Assembly: GCA_041690395.1 (NCBI GenBank)
Contig: JAWLHJ010000004.1
Span: forward strand, 337,365-401,364
Reading direction: 5' to 3'
DNA: 64,000 bases
Source of the DNA: Longimicrobiales bacterium
GTDB lineage: Bacteria; Gemmatimonadota; Gemmatimonadetes; Longimicrobiales; Gaopeijiaceae
Under the pieces are notes generated by a model. The model worked only from the letters and a program-made list of their open reading frames with translations. It searched no databases and was not told where the DNA came from. Shown here piece after piece: positions 1 to 10,116 of the stretch. Both the position numbers and the translations under genes were made by a program. The stretch's first letter is position 1. Each line of letters begins with the position of its first letter.

Positions 1-512
1 ATGTCGGTCAGGTTCAGGTCCGTGAACATGTTCGACATGAGGGTGAGCACGCGGTTCCCGATGGAGTGCCAGAAGAGGAGCACCCGGTGCGGGCCGCCGA
101 GGAAGCGCGAGCCGTACACGGCATCGGCCTTGCCACTCAGAATGGGTTCGAGCAGGTAGGGGAGCTCGTACGGGTCGTACTCGAGGTCGGCGTCCTGCAC
201 GACGACCACATCCCCCCTGGCGTGCTGGAAACCGGTCCGGAGCGCCGCCCCCTTCCCCTGGTTCCGCTCGTGCATGACGAGCCGGTCGATCAGACTCCCT
301 TCGAGGGTCGGCAGGAGGTCACGCGTTCCGTCGGTGGAACCGTCGTCGACGACGATCACCTCGAGCCGGAGCGGGACCTCGCGGACTCGCTCCAGGAGCT
401 GCTCGACGGTCTCCCTCTCGTTGAAGACCGGAATCACGACACTCACCCGCACGGAGTCCCATGCGAGCGGCTCGTGCGGAAGCGCGTCCGGACCTAGGGG
501 TCTGCTATCCAT
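1..512 (-). CDS. Glycosyltransferase family 2 (DPM1-like), runs off the left edge
   Basis: Not in the ORF track. Manual translation from ATG at 512 gives ...[14 protein letters not shown]...[12 protein letters not shown]...[12 protein letters not shown]...VYGSRF, with the GT2 DxD and VIPxxNE motifs. Confidence 0.92.
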   Translation of the reverse strand, partial: MDSRPLGPDALPHEPLAWDSVRVSVVIPVFNERETVEQLLERVREVPLRLEVIVVDDGSTDGTRDLLPTLEGSLIDRLVMHERNQGKGAALRTGFQHARGDVVVVQDADLEYDPYELPYLLEPILSGKADAVYGSRFLGGPHRVLLFWHSIGNRVLTLMSNMFTDLNLTD

Positions 513-583
513 GGATGACTCGATCTCGTTCAGGGTCGGGGTCGGAGTCAGGCACGGCCGCGGGGGCCGGCGCTCGAGCGGCG

Positions 584-1957
584 TCAGTCGCCGACACCAT
601 AGCGGTTGAGCTTACGGTACAGCGTGGACGGATCGATGCCCAGCACCTCGGCGGCGCGCGTCTTGTTCCCGCCCTCCGCCTGGAGCACCCAGAGGATGTA
701 GGCCTGCTCGATCGTCTCCATGGTGGGATTCGCCGGTGCCTCGTCGTTCTGGACGAGCCTGGGCGTGGGACGCTCGCGCACCCGGGTCGGAAGCTCCTCG
801 GGGCGGATCTTCTGCCCGGACACCACGACGGCGGCCCGCTCCAGCGCGTTCTGTAGCTCACGCACGTTGCCGGGCCAGTCGTACTCGGTCATCACGCGAA
901 GCGCGTCCTCCGTGAGCTCCAGCGGCTTCTTCCGCTCCCGCTGCACCGCTTCCTGCTCCAGGAAGAACCTCGCCAGGAGGGGGATGTCGTCCTGACGCTG
1001 GCGGAGCGGCGGAAGATGGAGCTGGATGACGTTGAGCCGATAGTAGAGGTCGCTCCGGAACGCCCCCCGCTCGATCTCGGCCTCGAGGTCCCGGTTGGTG
1101 GCAGCCACGATCCGGACGTCCACGGGCACGGCTTTCGTCGCCCCGACGGGGATGACCTCCCGCTCCTGGATCGCGCGGAGGAGCTTCACCTGGATGGCTG
1201 GCGACATCTCGCCGATCTCGTCCATGAAGAACGTGCCGCCCTCGGCGGCCACCAGGAGCCCGTCCTTGTCCTTCACGGCGCCGGTGAACGACCCCTTCAC
1301 GTGACCGAACAGCTCGCTCTCGAGCAGGCTCTCCGGCAGCGCGCCGCAGTTGATGGAGAGGAACGCGTGGTCCGACCGGTGTGAGGTGGCGTGGATGTAG
1401 CGCGCCAGCACCTCCTTACCCGTGCCGCTCTCTCCCGAGATGAGCACGGTGGAGTCGGTCGTGGCGACGGTTTCCGCGAGCTCGATGACTTCCTCGAACG
1501 CCGGCGCCGACCCGATGGGACGCTCCGCCCGGCCCGCCGACCGCTCGCCGATCTCCTTCTTCAGGGCCCGGTTCTCGGCCTTCAGCTGCCGGGTCTCGAC
1601 GGCCCGCCCGCAGAGCGCCAGGAGCTCGTCGTTCGAGAACGGCTTCTGAAGGTAGTAGTAGGCGCCCTCGTTCACGGCCCGAACGGCCGACTGGAGCGAG
1701 GCCTGGGCCGTCATGAGGATCACCGGCAGCTCGGGGTCGATCTCGCGCGCGGCGGCGAGCACCTCGAGTCCGGTCTTGCCGGGCATGCGGATGTCCGTCA
1801 GCACGAGGTCCGGCTTCTCCGCCTCCAACGCGTCGATCGCCTTCTGCCCCGAATCGGCCACCGACACCCGGTACCCCTCCCCACGGAAGAGGACCTGGAG
1901 CGTGTCCAGGATCGACGTCTCGTCGTCCACCAGCAACAGCTTCGGTCCTTCGCTCAC
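584..1957 (-). CDS. Sigma-54-dependent response regulator (NtrC/PilR-like)
   Basis: REC domain (LLVDDE, DIRMP), AAA+ Walker [15 protein letters not shown] loop, WPGNVREL and a C-terminal Fis HTH. The GTG start at 1957 overlaps the kinase stop (GTGA). Confidence 0.93.
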   Translation of the reverse strand: MSEGPKLLLVDDETSILDTLQVLFRGEGYRVSVADSGQKAIDALEAEKPDLVLTDIRMPGKTGLEVLAAAREIDPELPVILMTAQASLQSAVRAVNEGAYYYLQKPFSNDELLALCGRAVETRQLKAENRALKKEIGERSAGRAERPIGSAPAFEEVIELAETVATTDSTVLISGESGTGKEVLARYIHATSHRSDHAFLSINCGALPESLLESELFGHVKGSFTGAVKDKDGLLVAAEGGTFFMDEIGEMSPAIQVKLLRAIQEREVIPVGATKAVPVDVRIVAATNRDLEAEIERGAFRSDLYYRLNVIQLHLPPLRQRQDDIPLLARFFLEQEAVQRERKKPLELTEDALRVMTEYDWPGNVRELQNALERAAVVVSGQKIRPEELPTRVRERPTPRLVQNDEAPANPTMETIEQAYILWVLQAEGGNKTRAAEVLGIDPSTLYRKLNRYGVGD

Positions 1958-3624
1958 ACGCCGTCTCCCCATTCACCTTCCGGAATCCCCGGAAGGAAGA
2001 TCACGAATTGCGCTCCACCCTCGATGCCCCGCTCGACGAACACCACCCCAGAATGGGCCTCGACCGCCCGATGGACCAGCGCCAGCCCCAGCCCGCTCCC
2101 TCCCTTCCTCGTCGAGAAGAACGGGTCGAAGATACGCGCTTCGATCTCCGGCGGGATCCCGGGGCCGGAGTCGCGGACGGCGAGCCGGACCGGGTTTCGG
2201 ATGTTGACCCCCCTCGGCGTGTGCCGGTAGCGCTCGTCCTCCAGGGACACCACGACCTTTCCGTCGGGCCCGGCGTGCTGTGCCGCGTTCAGGACCAGAT
2301 TCAGGAGCGCCCGGTGCAGAAGGTCCGGGTCGCCCAGGACCGGGACGATGTCCTCGTCGACTTCCGTCTCGAGCGTGACGCCCTCCAGATCCGGGTGCTG
2401 CCTGGCCACCGCCACGCAGTCGAGCACCAGCGACCGGAGCTCGACCCTTTCCTTCGCGCCGAGCCGGACGCCCGAGTAATCGAGGAACTCCGACAGCAGA
2501 CGGCTCAGCCGGTCCGACTCGGTGATCACCAGCCGGCGCAGCAGGGCGCGGTCGTCGGGCCCGAGACGCTCGCCGCCGAGCTGCTCGATGGCGCTCCGGA
2601 TCGAAGCCAACGGGTTCTTGATCTCGTGCGCCAGCGAGGCGGACAGCGCGGCCACGGCCTCGAGGCGTTCCGTGCGCAGGTTCAGCTCGTCGATACGCTC
2701 GAGGTCGGTGACGTCCTCGAAGATGGCCGTCATGGACGGCGGCCGATCGTCCCCACGGTCGAGAAGCGCGGTGCTGATGCCGAGGCGCACGAGCTCGCTG
2801 CCGCGGTGCACGGTCGCCCGTGAGCGGGTGCGGGTGCGACGGTCGCCGAGGGCGCGAGCCAGCGTCTCACCCATCTCCGGAGACTCCTCCTGGATCGTAA
2901 GAAGCACGGGCTCCCCGAGGCGGTCGGCCAGATCCAGCCCGAGCAACGCCTCCGCGGCGGGGTTCACGTACACCAGCCGCCCGTCTCCGTCGAGTGTGAG
3001 CACTCCGGTCGAGAGGTGGGCGAGGATGTCGCTCGTGTCGAGCCGGAGCTGCTCGAGCTGCGACGCGACGACCCCGAGGGCCTGCCCGGCGCGCCTCAGC
3101 CGGTCTCCGAGCAGCCCGGTGATGAGGGCCACCATGGCGAACAGGCCGATCCGGAGCGCAACTTCGAGGGTGAACTCGCTCTGGTGGCCCCAGGCGAGAT
3201 CCGCGAAGTAAACGATGCTCGCGAGCGCACCGATCAGCACACCGCCGGGCAGCGGCAGCAGGAGGGCGCCCGCGCTGATGACCAGGATGTAGAGCGGAGC
3301 GAAGCTGCTCTCGGGCCCGCCGGTGACGTGGACCACTCCGGTGACGAGCAGGACGTCGAGCACGACCTGGCCGTACCGGAACGCCTCTCCGGGCTCGCGC
3401 CGCAGCAAGTGCGTGTACCAGAAGGAGGCGGCGGTCACGACCAGCGCCACGAGGAACATGACGGTCGCGACGAGGGTGTCCGCGGGCGCCGCGTCCGCCC
3501 AGGCGAACAGGGCTCCCGCCAGGATTCCGGACACGAGCGTGAGGCGCCCGACGTACAGCCACCGGAAGATGTCGGCTCGGAGGAACGCCTCCTCGGGCGC
3601 ACCCAGCCACGCCGCTCGCATCAT
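1954..3624 (-). CDS. Membrane sensor histidine kinase with PAS domain (PilS-like)
   Basis: About 6 N-terminal TM helices, a PAS-like segment, H-box LAHEIKNPL, N-box NLVLNA and G-boxes DSGPGI / GSGLGL. Confidence 0.9.
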   Translation of the reverse strand: MMRAAWLGAPEEAFLRADIFRWLYVGRLTLVSGILAGALFAWADAAPADTLVATVMFLVALVVTAASFWYTHLLRREPGEAFRYGQVVLDVLLVTGVVHVTGGPESSFAPLYILVISAGALLLPLPGGVLIGALASIVYFADLAWGHQSEFTLEVALRIGLFAMVALITGLLGDRLRRAGQALGVVASQLEQLRLDTSDILAHLSTGVLTLDGDGRLVYVNPAAEALLGLDLADRLGEPVLLTIQEESPEMGETLARALGDRRTRTRSRATVHRGSELVRLGISTALLDRGDDRPPSMTAIFEDVTDLERIDELNLRTERLEAVAALSASLAHEIKNPLASIRSAIEQLGGERLGPDDRALLRRLVITESDRLSRLLSEFLDYSGVRLGAKERVELRSLVLDCVAVARQHPDLEGVTLETEVDEDIVPVLGDPDLLHRALLNLVLNAAQHAGPDGKVVVSLEDERYRHTPRGVNIRNPVRLAVRDSGPGIPPEIEARIFDPFFSTRKGGSGLGLALVHRAVEAHSGVVFVERGIEGGAQFVIFLPGIPEGEWGDGV

Positions 3625-4259
3625 GGGCGCGGGATCTCGCGGAACACTCCGGGGAGCATGTATCCGCTCCCCCCCAGCCGACCGACCGGTCGGAGTCGCT
3701 CGGGATCGATGCCGTATCCGTCGGGAGGCGTGAGCTCCGGGTCGAGCAGGATGCCGACGACCTCGGCGATGATCAGGGTGTTCCTGGAGCCGGTGAGATC
3801 CACTTCCTTGCGGACCTCACATTCGAGCACGGCCGGGCACCCCGCGACATAAGGAGCGTTCACGCGGCCGGACGGCACCGCTTCCAACCCGGCCAGCGCG
3901 AACTCGTCCACGCCGGGCGCGACCTCGGCCGACGTCGCGTTCATGGCTTCGAGCTGTGACTCGGTCACCACGTTCACGCAGAGCGCGCCGGTGGCCCGAA
4001 CGTTGACCAGGGTATCCTTCGGATGGTCACCTCTCGATCCGATCGAGATGCCGACCAACGCCGGGGTCGCGGACAGGGCCGCATAGTAGCTGAAGGGCGC
4101 CAGGTTCGCCGAGCCCGCCTCGTTCCAGGTCGATGCCCACCCGATCGGGCGGGGCACGACGAGTGACGTGAGCAGGCGGTAGCGGTCGCGGCCGGAGAGG
4201 TCGCCCGGGCCGATGGCTACCGGCGGCTCGGACGCCGCCGGACCACCGTGTTCAGCCAC
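3621..4259 (-). CDS. Flavin reductase-like family protein
   Basis: Motifs VVPRPIGWAST, NLAPFS, KDTLVN and PVGRLGG are typical of FMN-binding split-barrel flavin reductases. Confidence 0.88.
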   Translation of the reverse strand: MAEHGGPAASEPPVAIGPGDLSGRDRYRLLTSLVVPRPIGWASTWNEAGSANLAPFSYYAALSATPALVGISIGSRGDHPKDTLVNVRATGALCVNVVTESQLEAMNATSAEVAPGVDEFALAGLEAVPSGRVNAPYVAGCPAVLECEVRKEVDLTGSRNTLIIAEVVGILLDPELTPPDGYGIDPERLRPVGRLGGSGYMLPGVFREIPRP

Positions 4260-4989
4260 CGAGGGGCACGTCGATCACCTGGCCGGCATAGATGCTGTTG
4301 CCGTCGATTCCGTTGACGGCCTTGATCTCGTCGACGGTCGTCCCGTGCTGACGAGCGATCTCCCAGAGCGAATCGCCCGGCTCGATGGTGTAGGCGAAGC
4401 GGTCGGCCATGCGCGTCGTCTCACGGGCCAGCAGGTTGCCGACATACGAGGCGTACTGCTGCGGGAAGAGCGCGACGTGATAGTGGCGCGGATACCGCTC
4501 GAGGGTCACGTCGAGCACCCCGCCCCGCTCGAGACTCAGCAGGACGTCCTCCAACCAGGCCCGGCAACGGCGGTCTCCGCTGTAACGGAGGTCGATGGCC
4601 ATCCCGGTCGGATGGACCGAGCGGGCGGAGGCGTTGCGGGGCTGGCGCGTGCTCGGACGGGTCAGGCTCGTGACGACGAGCTGCTCGCCGCACGCCGCGC
4701 GGTACTGCCGGCCGAGGCGCTCGAGGAACAGCGCGACCTCGGGCCGAGCATACGGGAACGACACCGCGTGGAGCGTGAAATCCTCGGTCGGGCGCACAGG
4801 CACGAGCCAACCCTGCTCCGCGAAGTACCGGACGCGGTCGGCCGTGTCGATGTAGCTGTAGTCGTGCGCGCGGGCCATCCGGTTCTGGATGTCGAGCGAC
4901 CTGGGGGAACCGCGCAATGACTGGGCCTCCGCCAGTCCCGGAGCGAAGCCCACGAGGAAGAGCGTCAGCGCGGCGGAAATCCTTCTCAT
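4252..4989 (-). CDS. Secreted putative M15-like (DUF5715-type) peptidase with C-terminal LysM domain
   Basis: Signal peptide, SLTR...SVHPTGMAIDL and E..PRHYH zinc-peptidase-like motifs, and LysM (YTIEPGDSLWEIARQHGTTVDEIKAVN). Start placed at MRRISAA; the ORF extends to 5031. Confidence 0.75.
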   Translation of the reverse strand: MRRISAALTLFLVGFAPGLAEAQSLRGSPRSLDIQNRMARAHDYSYIDTADRVRYFAEQGWLVPVRPTEDFTLHAVSFPYARPEVALFLERLGRQYRAACGEQLVVTSLTRPSTRQPRNASARSVHPTGMAIDLRYSGDRRCRAWLEDVLLSLERGGVLDVTLERYPRHYHVALFPQQYASYVGNLLARETTRMADRFAYTIEPGDSLWEIARQHGTTVDEIKAVNGIDGNSIYAGQVIDVPLGG

Positions 4990-5050
4990 CGCACCCATCG
5001 AGAAACGTAGCGTTGAAGGGTCGGCGTGCATGCGGCTCGGTTGGAGCCAC

Positions 5051-5079
5051 AGTTATAAACATATGTTTAGCGCGCCGCA
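5051..5079 (-). promoter_or_regulatory. Putative sigma70 promoter with palindromic operator for the LysM peptidase gene
   Basis: Minus strand reads TTGCGG-17nt-TATAAC. A perfect palindrome TAAACATATGTTTA (5056-5069) lies in the spacer and overlaps the -10. Confidence 0.5.
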
Positions 5080-5154
5080 AGCGATGTCTTCAGGGGGCTG
5101 CCCGCGCCCCCGGCGCGACGGGGGCCGACCGGGGGCGGGGAGCTCCGGGTGGGA

Positions 5155-5775
5155 TCAGCCGCGAGCGTCCGCGTACCTTTTCCCTACCACGTCCCAGTTC
5201 ACGACGTTCCACCACGCGCTGAGGTAGTCGGGGCGTCGGTTCTGGTAGTGGAGGTAATACGCATGCTCCCAGACATCGACCCCGAGGATCGGCTGGAGGC
5301 CCTGCGACAGAGGCGAGTCCTGATTCGCGGTCGACAGCACCCTGAGGCCGCCGTTCCCGTCCACGGCGAGCCAGCCCCAGCCGGATCCGAACTGCCCGCC
5401 GGCCGCACCCTGGAGCTTCTCCTTGAAGTCGTCGAACGACCCGAAGGCCCCGTCGATGGCCTTCGCGAGGTCGCCGCCGGGCTTCTTCGCGCCACCAGGA
5501 CGCATGATGTCCCAGAAGAGCGCATGGTTCACGTATCCACCACCGTTGTTCCGAACCGCGGTGCGGATCGCTTCCGGCAGTGCCGCGAGGTCGGACACGA
5601 GCGCCTCGGCGGACTTCCCGTGGAGATCCGGATGCCCCTCGAGCGCGCTATTCAGCTTGCTCGTGTAGCCGGCGTGGTGCTTGCCGTGGTGAATTTCCAT
5701 CGTGCGCGCGTCGATGTGCGGCTCGAGCGCGTCGAATGCGTATCCGAGCTCGGGCAGCGCGAATGGGTAGCCCAT
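5155..5775 (-). CDS. sodA: Superoxide dismutase (Mn/Fe family)
   Basis: [10 protein letters not shown]...[42 protein letters not shown]. The GGG and NQD residues suggest the Mn type. Confidence 0.93.
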   Translation of the reverse strand: MGYPFALPELGYAFDALEPHIDARTMEIHHGKHHAGYTSKLNSALEGHPDLHGKSAEALVSDLAALPEAIRTAVRNNGGGYVNHALFWDIMRPGGAKKPGGDLAKAIDGAFGSFDDFKEKLQGAAGGQFGSGWGWLAVDGNGGLRVLSTANQDSPLSQGLQPILGVDVWEHAYYLHYQNRRPDYLSAWWNVVNWDVVGKRYADARG

Positions 5776-5863
5776 AGAGCGTGACTCCTTGTATGGATCG
5801 TCAAGCAGGATTCGAACGGGCCACGGGACCCCGCGGACATGCCACCGTAGGGGGCCGTCCGCT

Positions 5864-7282
5864 ATGTTGGTCGCGCGGGCCGCAGACCTGGATCTTACCC
5901 CGCTGGACGGCTTACGGCAAACCGAGGCGCAACCGATCGACACCTCCCCGAACCCCAAGCAACCCGCGGCGTCCCGGGGATCGACGCGCCGGATTCTGCA
6001 CGTCGATTGCGACGCCTTCTTCGTCCAGGTGGCGCGGCTCGAGGACCCCGAGGGAGCCGGGAAGGCCAGCCTCCTCATCGTGGGCGGGTCGCCTTCCGGC
6101 CGCGGGGTGGTCACGTCGGCCTCGTACGAGGCGCGCGCGTACGGGGTCCGGTCGGCCATGCCGACCGGGCAGGCCCTCCGGCTCTGTCCGAACGCCACCG
6201 TCGTGTCGGTCCCGCGCGGCGCCGTGGGCACCAGGAGCCGATCGGTCCGGCACGCGCTCGAGGATCTGGCTCCCGTGGTCGAGGCCGCTTCCGTCGACGA
6301 GTTCTACCTGGATCTGACCGGGACCGAGCGCCTCTTCAAGGGCGAGTCGTTGACGGACACGGCCGACCGCATCCGGCGCACCGTCCTGGAGCGCACCGAG
6401 ATCTCGACCTCGGTGGGCGGTGGCTCCAACCGCCTGATCGCGAAGCTCGCCACGTCCCGGGCCAAGCCCGCCGGCGTGCACATCGTCGCGGCGGGCGCGG
6501 AGGCCGCGTTCATGGCGGAGCTCGAGTTGGGCGCCATCCCGGGCGTCGGCCCCGCGCTCCTCGCCGAGCTCGAGAAGCGCGGCCTGCGCACGGTCCGTCA
6601 GGCGCTCGACGTCGGGCCCGAGTGGCTCGAGCGGTGGCTCGGAGCTTCGCGCGGCGCCTGGCTCCACGCTCGTCTCCAGGGCATCGGGAACGACGAGGTC
6701 GACCCGGAGCGCGAGCGGAAGTCCATTTCGTCGGAGCGGACGTTCCACAGGGACATCGACGAAGACGAAGCGCTGGAGTTGTGGCTCCTCAGGCTCGTCG
6801 AGAGCCTTGGGCACACGCTCCGGGAGAAGGGCCTCAGAACCCGCACGGTGACCGTCAAGCTGAAGGACTTCGACTTTCGCGTCCGCTCGCGCGCGCACAC
6901 GCTACCCGAGCCCGTAGAGTCGGACCGAGCCATCCGCGACACCGCCCACCCCCTGCTCCGCGACCTGCGACGCGACCGGCCCGTTCCGGCCCGCCTCCTC
7001 GGGGTCGGGCTAGGCGGGCTCGAGGCCGGTGACGGCCCCCGGCAGCTCGCCCTCTTCGACGAGGTCGCGGGTCCCGGAGAAACCGACCGCGAGCGGGAGC
7101 TCTCGCGTGCCGTGGACCGGGTGAGGGAACGCTTCGGGCGCGACGCCGTGGCCGCCGCGCGACTGGCCGCGAGCACGAGGACACGGCGTGAGCGCGACTC
7201 CGAGGACCCACCACCTCCCGCCGGCGAAAGGCAGGGCTCCAGCAACGAAGGCGAACGACCGGGAGAACGCACCGATGGATGA
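5864..7282 (+). CDS. dinB: DNA polymerase IV (Y-family)
   Basis: [46 protein letters not shown] and the beta-clamp motif QLALF. Start uncertain. Confidence 0.93.
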   Translation: MLVARAADLDLTPLDGLRQTEAQPIDTSPNPKQPAASRGSTRRILHVDCDAFFVQVARLEDPEGAGKASLLIVGGSPSGRGVVTSASYEARAYGVRSAMPTGQALRLCPNATVVSVPRGAVGTRSRSVRHALEDLAPVVEAASVDEFYLDLTGTERLFKGESLTDTADRIRRTVLERTEISTSVGGGSNRLIAKLATSRAKPAGVHIVAAGAEAAFMAELELGAIPGVGPALLAELEKRGLRTVRQALDVGPEWLERWLGASRGAWLHARLQGIGNDEVDPERERKSISSERTFHRDIDEDEALELWLLRLVESLGHTLREKGLRTRTVTVKLKDFDFRVRSRAHTLPEPVESDRAIRDTAHPLLRDLRRDRPVPARLLGVGLGGLEAGDGPRQLALFDEVAGPGETDRERELSRAVDRVRERFGRDAVAAARLAASTRTRRERDSEDPPPPAGERQGSSNEGERPGERTDG

Positions 7283-8099
7283 CGACCGCATCCGATACCT
7301 CGACCACATCTGGCCCGCGGACCGAGCCCCGGTCCTGATCGGCATGGTCCACCTCGCGCCCCTCCCCGGCGCGCCCCGGTCGAGGGATGCGCTCGCCGAC
7401 GTCACGCGTCGGGCCGTGGCCGACGCCGCGGCTCTGGAGCGCGCCGGGTTCGACGGACTCATCGTCGAGAACTACGGAGACGTCCCCTTCCACCCGGGCG
7501 AGGTGCCTCCGGTGACGGTCGCGGCCATGACGCGCATCGTGTCCGCGGTTCTCGACGTAGTGTCGGTCCCGGTCGGCGTGAACGTGCTCCGCAACGACGC
7601 CGGGGCCGCCCTCTCCATCGCGGCCGCCACGGGCGCGGCGTTCGTACGGGTGAACGTCCATTCCGGATCCATGTGGACGGACCAGGGGCTCCTCACCGGC
7701 GCGGCCCATGACACGCTCAGGCTACGCGCGGCGCTCGGCACGGACACGGCGATTCTCGCGGACGTGCACGTCAAGCACGCCGTGCCCCCACCCGGCACGA
7801 CCATCGATCAGGCCGCCGCCGACGCCTGGCACCGCGGCCTCGCCGACGGCCTGATCGTGTCCGGCTCGGGCACGGGCCTCCAGACCGACCACCGTGACGT
7901 CGAGGCGGTCGCCGGAGCCGTGCCCGACGCGCCGGTCTTCCTCGGGAGCGGGGTGACAGCGGAGACGGCCGGCACGCTCCCCACGGCCGCTCGAGGCGCG
8001 ATCGTGGGGACCGCCGTCATGCACGGGGGCGTTGCCGGCTCAGGCGTCGACGAAGGCCGGGCCGAGGCGCTCGTACGTGCCGCTCACCCGGCGCGCTGA
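7275..8099 (+). CDS. BtpA/SgcQ family protein
   Basis: IGMVHLAPLPG, ENYGDVPF, GVNVLRND, ADVHVKHA, DGLIVSGSGTG. Overlaps the dinB stop. Confidence 0.9.
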   Translation: MDDDRIRYLDHIWPADRAPVLIGMVHLAPLPGAPRSRDALADVTRRAVADAAALERAGFDGLIVENYGDVPFHPGEVPPVTVAAMTRIVSAVLDVVSVPVGVNVLRNDAGAALSIAAATGAAFVRVNVHSGSMWTDQGLLTGAAHDTLRLRAALGTDTAILADVHVKHAVPPPGTTIDQAAADAWHRGLADGLIVSGSGTGLQTDHRDVEAVAGAVPDAPVFLGSGVTAETAGTLPTAARGAIVGTAVMHGGVAGSGVDEGRAEALVRAAHPAR

Positions 8100-8166
8100 C
8101 TGCGCCTGCGCCACGCCCGCTGCCCATTCGTACGCCCTCAGGCTTCTCCCGAGCACAGCGCTGGTA

Positions 8167-9927
8167 TCAGCGCGCCCCTCTCGCCGCCGCCTTCGCCGCC
8201 TTCCGCTTCTCCCCTAGCGCGAGCCAGGGCTTACGCTCGAAGTAGCTGTTCGTCTCCTCGACCACCTTCGGCGCGAGCAGGATGAGCGCCAGCAGGTTCG
8301 GAATGATCACGATGGCGAGCGCTACGTCACCGAGTGCCCAGACGACGGCGAGCGGCACCACCGCGCCGAAGTAGTGCATGAGCACGAAGATCAGCTTGTA
8401 CGGCAGTACGGCCCCACCCCCGAACAGATAGTTCGCGCAGCGGTCCCCGTAGTAGCTCCAGGCGATCGAGGTCGAGACCGCGAAGAGCAGCACCGCGACC
8501 AGCACGATGTAGTGCCCCCAGTCGCCCAACGGTGACAGACCCGTGCGGAAGGCGTTCATGGTCATGGGCGCACCGTTCTCCACCGCGTCTCCGTACAGCG
8601 CCGTGTAGCGCGTCCCGTCCTCGGCCACGGCGAAGCCTCCTTCGGTCCCCCGTCGCGGATAGACGACGCCCTCGAACGGCACGGTCTGCCCGGGATCGAC
8701 ATAGAGCTCCTCGACCATGGCTTCGCGCCAGGAAACGAGCGGAGCGCCCGGCCCCACGTCCGCGTGGCGCCCGTCGACGATGACGAGCTCCTCCGGGGGC
8801 TCGACGAAGGTGTACCGGTTCTCCTCCGCGAGCGCCGAGTAGACGATGTCGCCCCGGTCGAGCGTGATCTCGGTCGGGAAGCGCGCGGTATGCGCGTTCG
8901 TCATGATGATGACGAGCCCCGTCATGGAGCAGATCACGATGGTGTCGATGAAGGGCTCGAGGAGGGCGACCACGCCCTCCGACACCGGCTCCTCGGTCTT
9001 CGCCGCCGCGTGCGCGATCGGCGCCGAGCCCTGACCCGCCTCGTTGCTGAACAAGCCGCGCCGAACGCCCCACATAAGCGTCACGACGAAGGCGCCCGCA
9101 CCCATGCCCGCCACGCCGGCCGTCGGGTTGAAGGCCTCGCGGAAGATGATGAGGATGGCCGGCACCAGCTGGTCGAGGTTGAGCCCGATGATCGTGAGCG
9201 CGCCGGCCACGTAGATCGCCGCCATCAGGGGCGCCAGGAACGCGGTGACCTTCCCGATGCGCTTGATGCCCCCGAGGATGACGCCACCCACCACGGCCGC
9301 GGTGACGAGCCCGGTGGCCCAGGGCGGGAACGCGAAGGTCGACTGCATCGTATCCGCGACGGTGTTCGCCTGCACCGCGTTTCCGGTCAGGAACGCCGTG
9401 AAGCCGAGCATGACCGCGAAGAAGACCGCCAGCGGCTTCCAGGCCGGGCCGAGCCCCCGCTCGATGTAGTACATCGGGCCGCCCGCGACGGCGCCTTCCC
9501 ACTTCTTCTCCCCGGCCGAGGTGTCCACCTGTCGGAAGCGTTGCGCGAGCGTCACCTCGGAGAACTTGGTCGCCATGCCGACGAACGCCGTGACCCACAT
9601 CCAGAAGAGCGCGCCGGGACCGCCCCAGTGGATCGCGATCGCCACGCCGGCGATGTTGCCGATCCCGACCGTGGCCGAAAGCGCCGTGGTGAGGGCCTGG
9701 AAGTGCGAGACGTCACCCGGATCGTCCGGATCGTCGTACTTCCCCGTCGTGACCGCGAAGCCGTGGGCCAACCGCCGCAGCTGTATGAAGCCGGTGCGGA
9801 CCGTGAGATAGAAGCCCGTTCCGAGCAGAAGGATCACCATGAACGGGATGTTCTCCCCGCCGATGGAGATGCCGATCTCGATCACGTAGGTGTTCAGGAA
9901 ATCGACGACGCTCTGCAGCCAGGTCAT
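8167..9927 (-). CDS. Alanine/glycine:cation symporter (AGCS family)
   Basis: ALSATVGIGNIAGVA, GGPGALFWMW, GGPMYY, RGLFSNEAGQGSAP, AWSYYG. Confidence 0.93.
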   Translation of the reverse strand: MTWLQSVVDFLNTYVIEIGISIGGENIPFMVILLLGTGFYLTVRTGFIQLRRLAHGFAVTTGKYDDPDDPGDVSHFQALTTALSATVGIGNIAGVAIAIHWGGPGALFWMWVTAFVGMATKFSEVTLAQRFRQVDTSAGEKKWEGAVAGGPMYYIERGLGPAWKPLAVFFAVMLGFTAFLTGNAVQANTVADTMQSTFAFPPWATGLVTAAVVGGVILGGIKRIGKVTAFLAPLMAAIYVAGALTIIGLNLDQLVPAILIIFREAFNPTAGVAGMGAGAFVVTLMWGVRRGLFSNEAGQGSAPIAHAAAKTEEPVSEGVVALLEPFIDTIVICSMTGLVIIMTNAHTARFPTEITLDRGDIVYSALAEENRYTFVEPPEELVIVDGRHADVGPGAPLVSWREAMVEELYVDPGQTVPFEGVVYPRRGTEGGFAVAEDGTRYTALYGDAVENGAPMTMNAFRTGLSPLGDWGHYIVLVAVLLFAVSTSIAWSYYGDRCANYLFGGGAVLPYKLIFVLMHYFGAVVPLAVVWALGDVALAIVIIPNLLALILLAPKVVEETNSYFERKPWLALGEKRKAAKAAARGAR

Positions 9928-10034
9928 GGACGCGTCCGAGTTGGAGCCAGGGAGTCACTCGCGATCCGCCCGCTTTCCCGCGGAGGCCCGCTTCCGGCCC
10001 GCGAGAGCGGGGCCCGGATTCGAAGGGACGAACA

Positions 10035-10079
10035 ATGCCCCCGTCCCGCGCTCCGGGCAAGGAAGCGGGACGGGGGCAT
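10035..10079 (-). terminator. Hairpin / probable intrinsic terminator downstream of the desaturase
   Basis: Perfect 15-bp stem ATGCCCCCGTCCCGC / GCGGGACGGGGGCAT about 40 nt past the desaturase stop, with a weak U-tract on the minus strand. Confidence 0.6.
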
Positions 10080-10116
10080 CGGGACTACTGCGGCTCCGAG
10101 TGGAGCCGGTCAGCGG

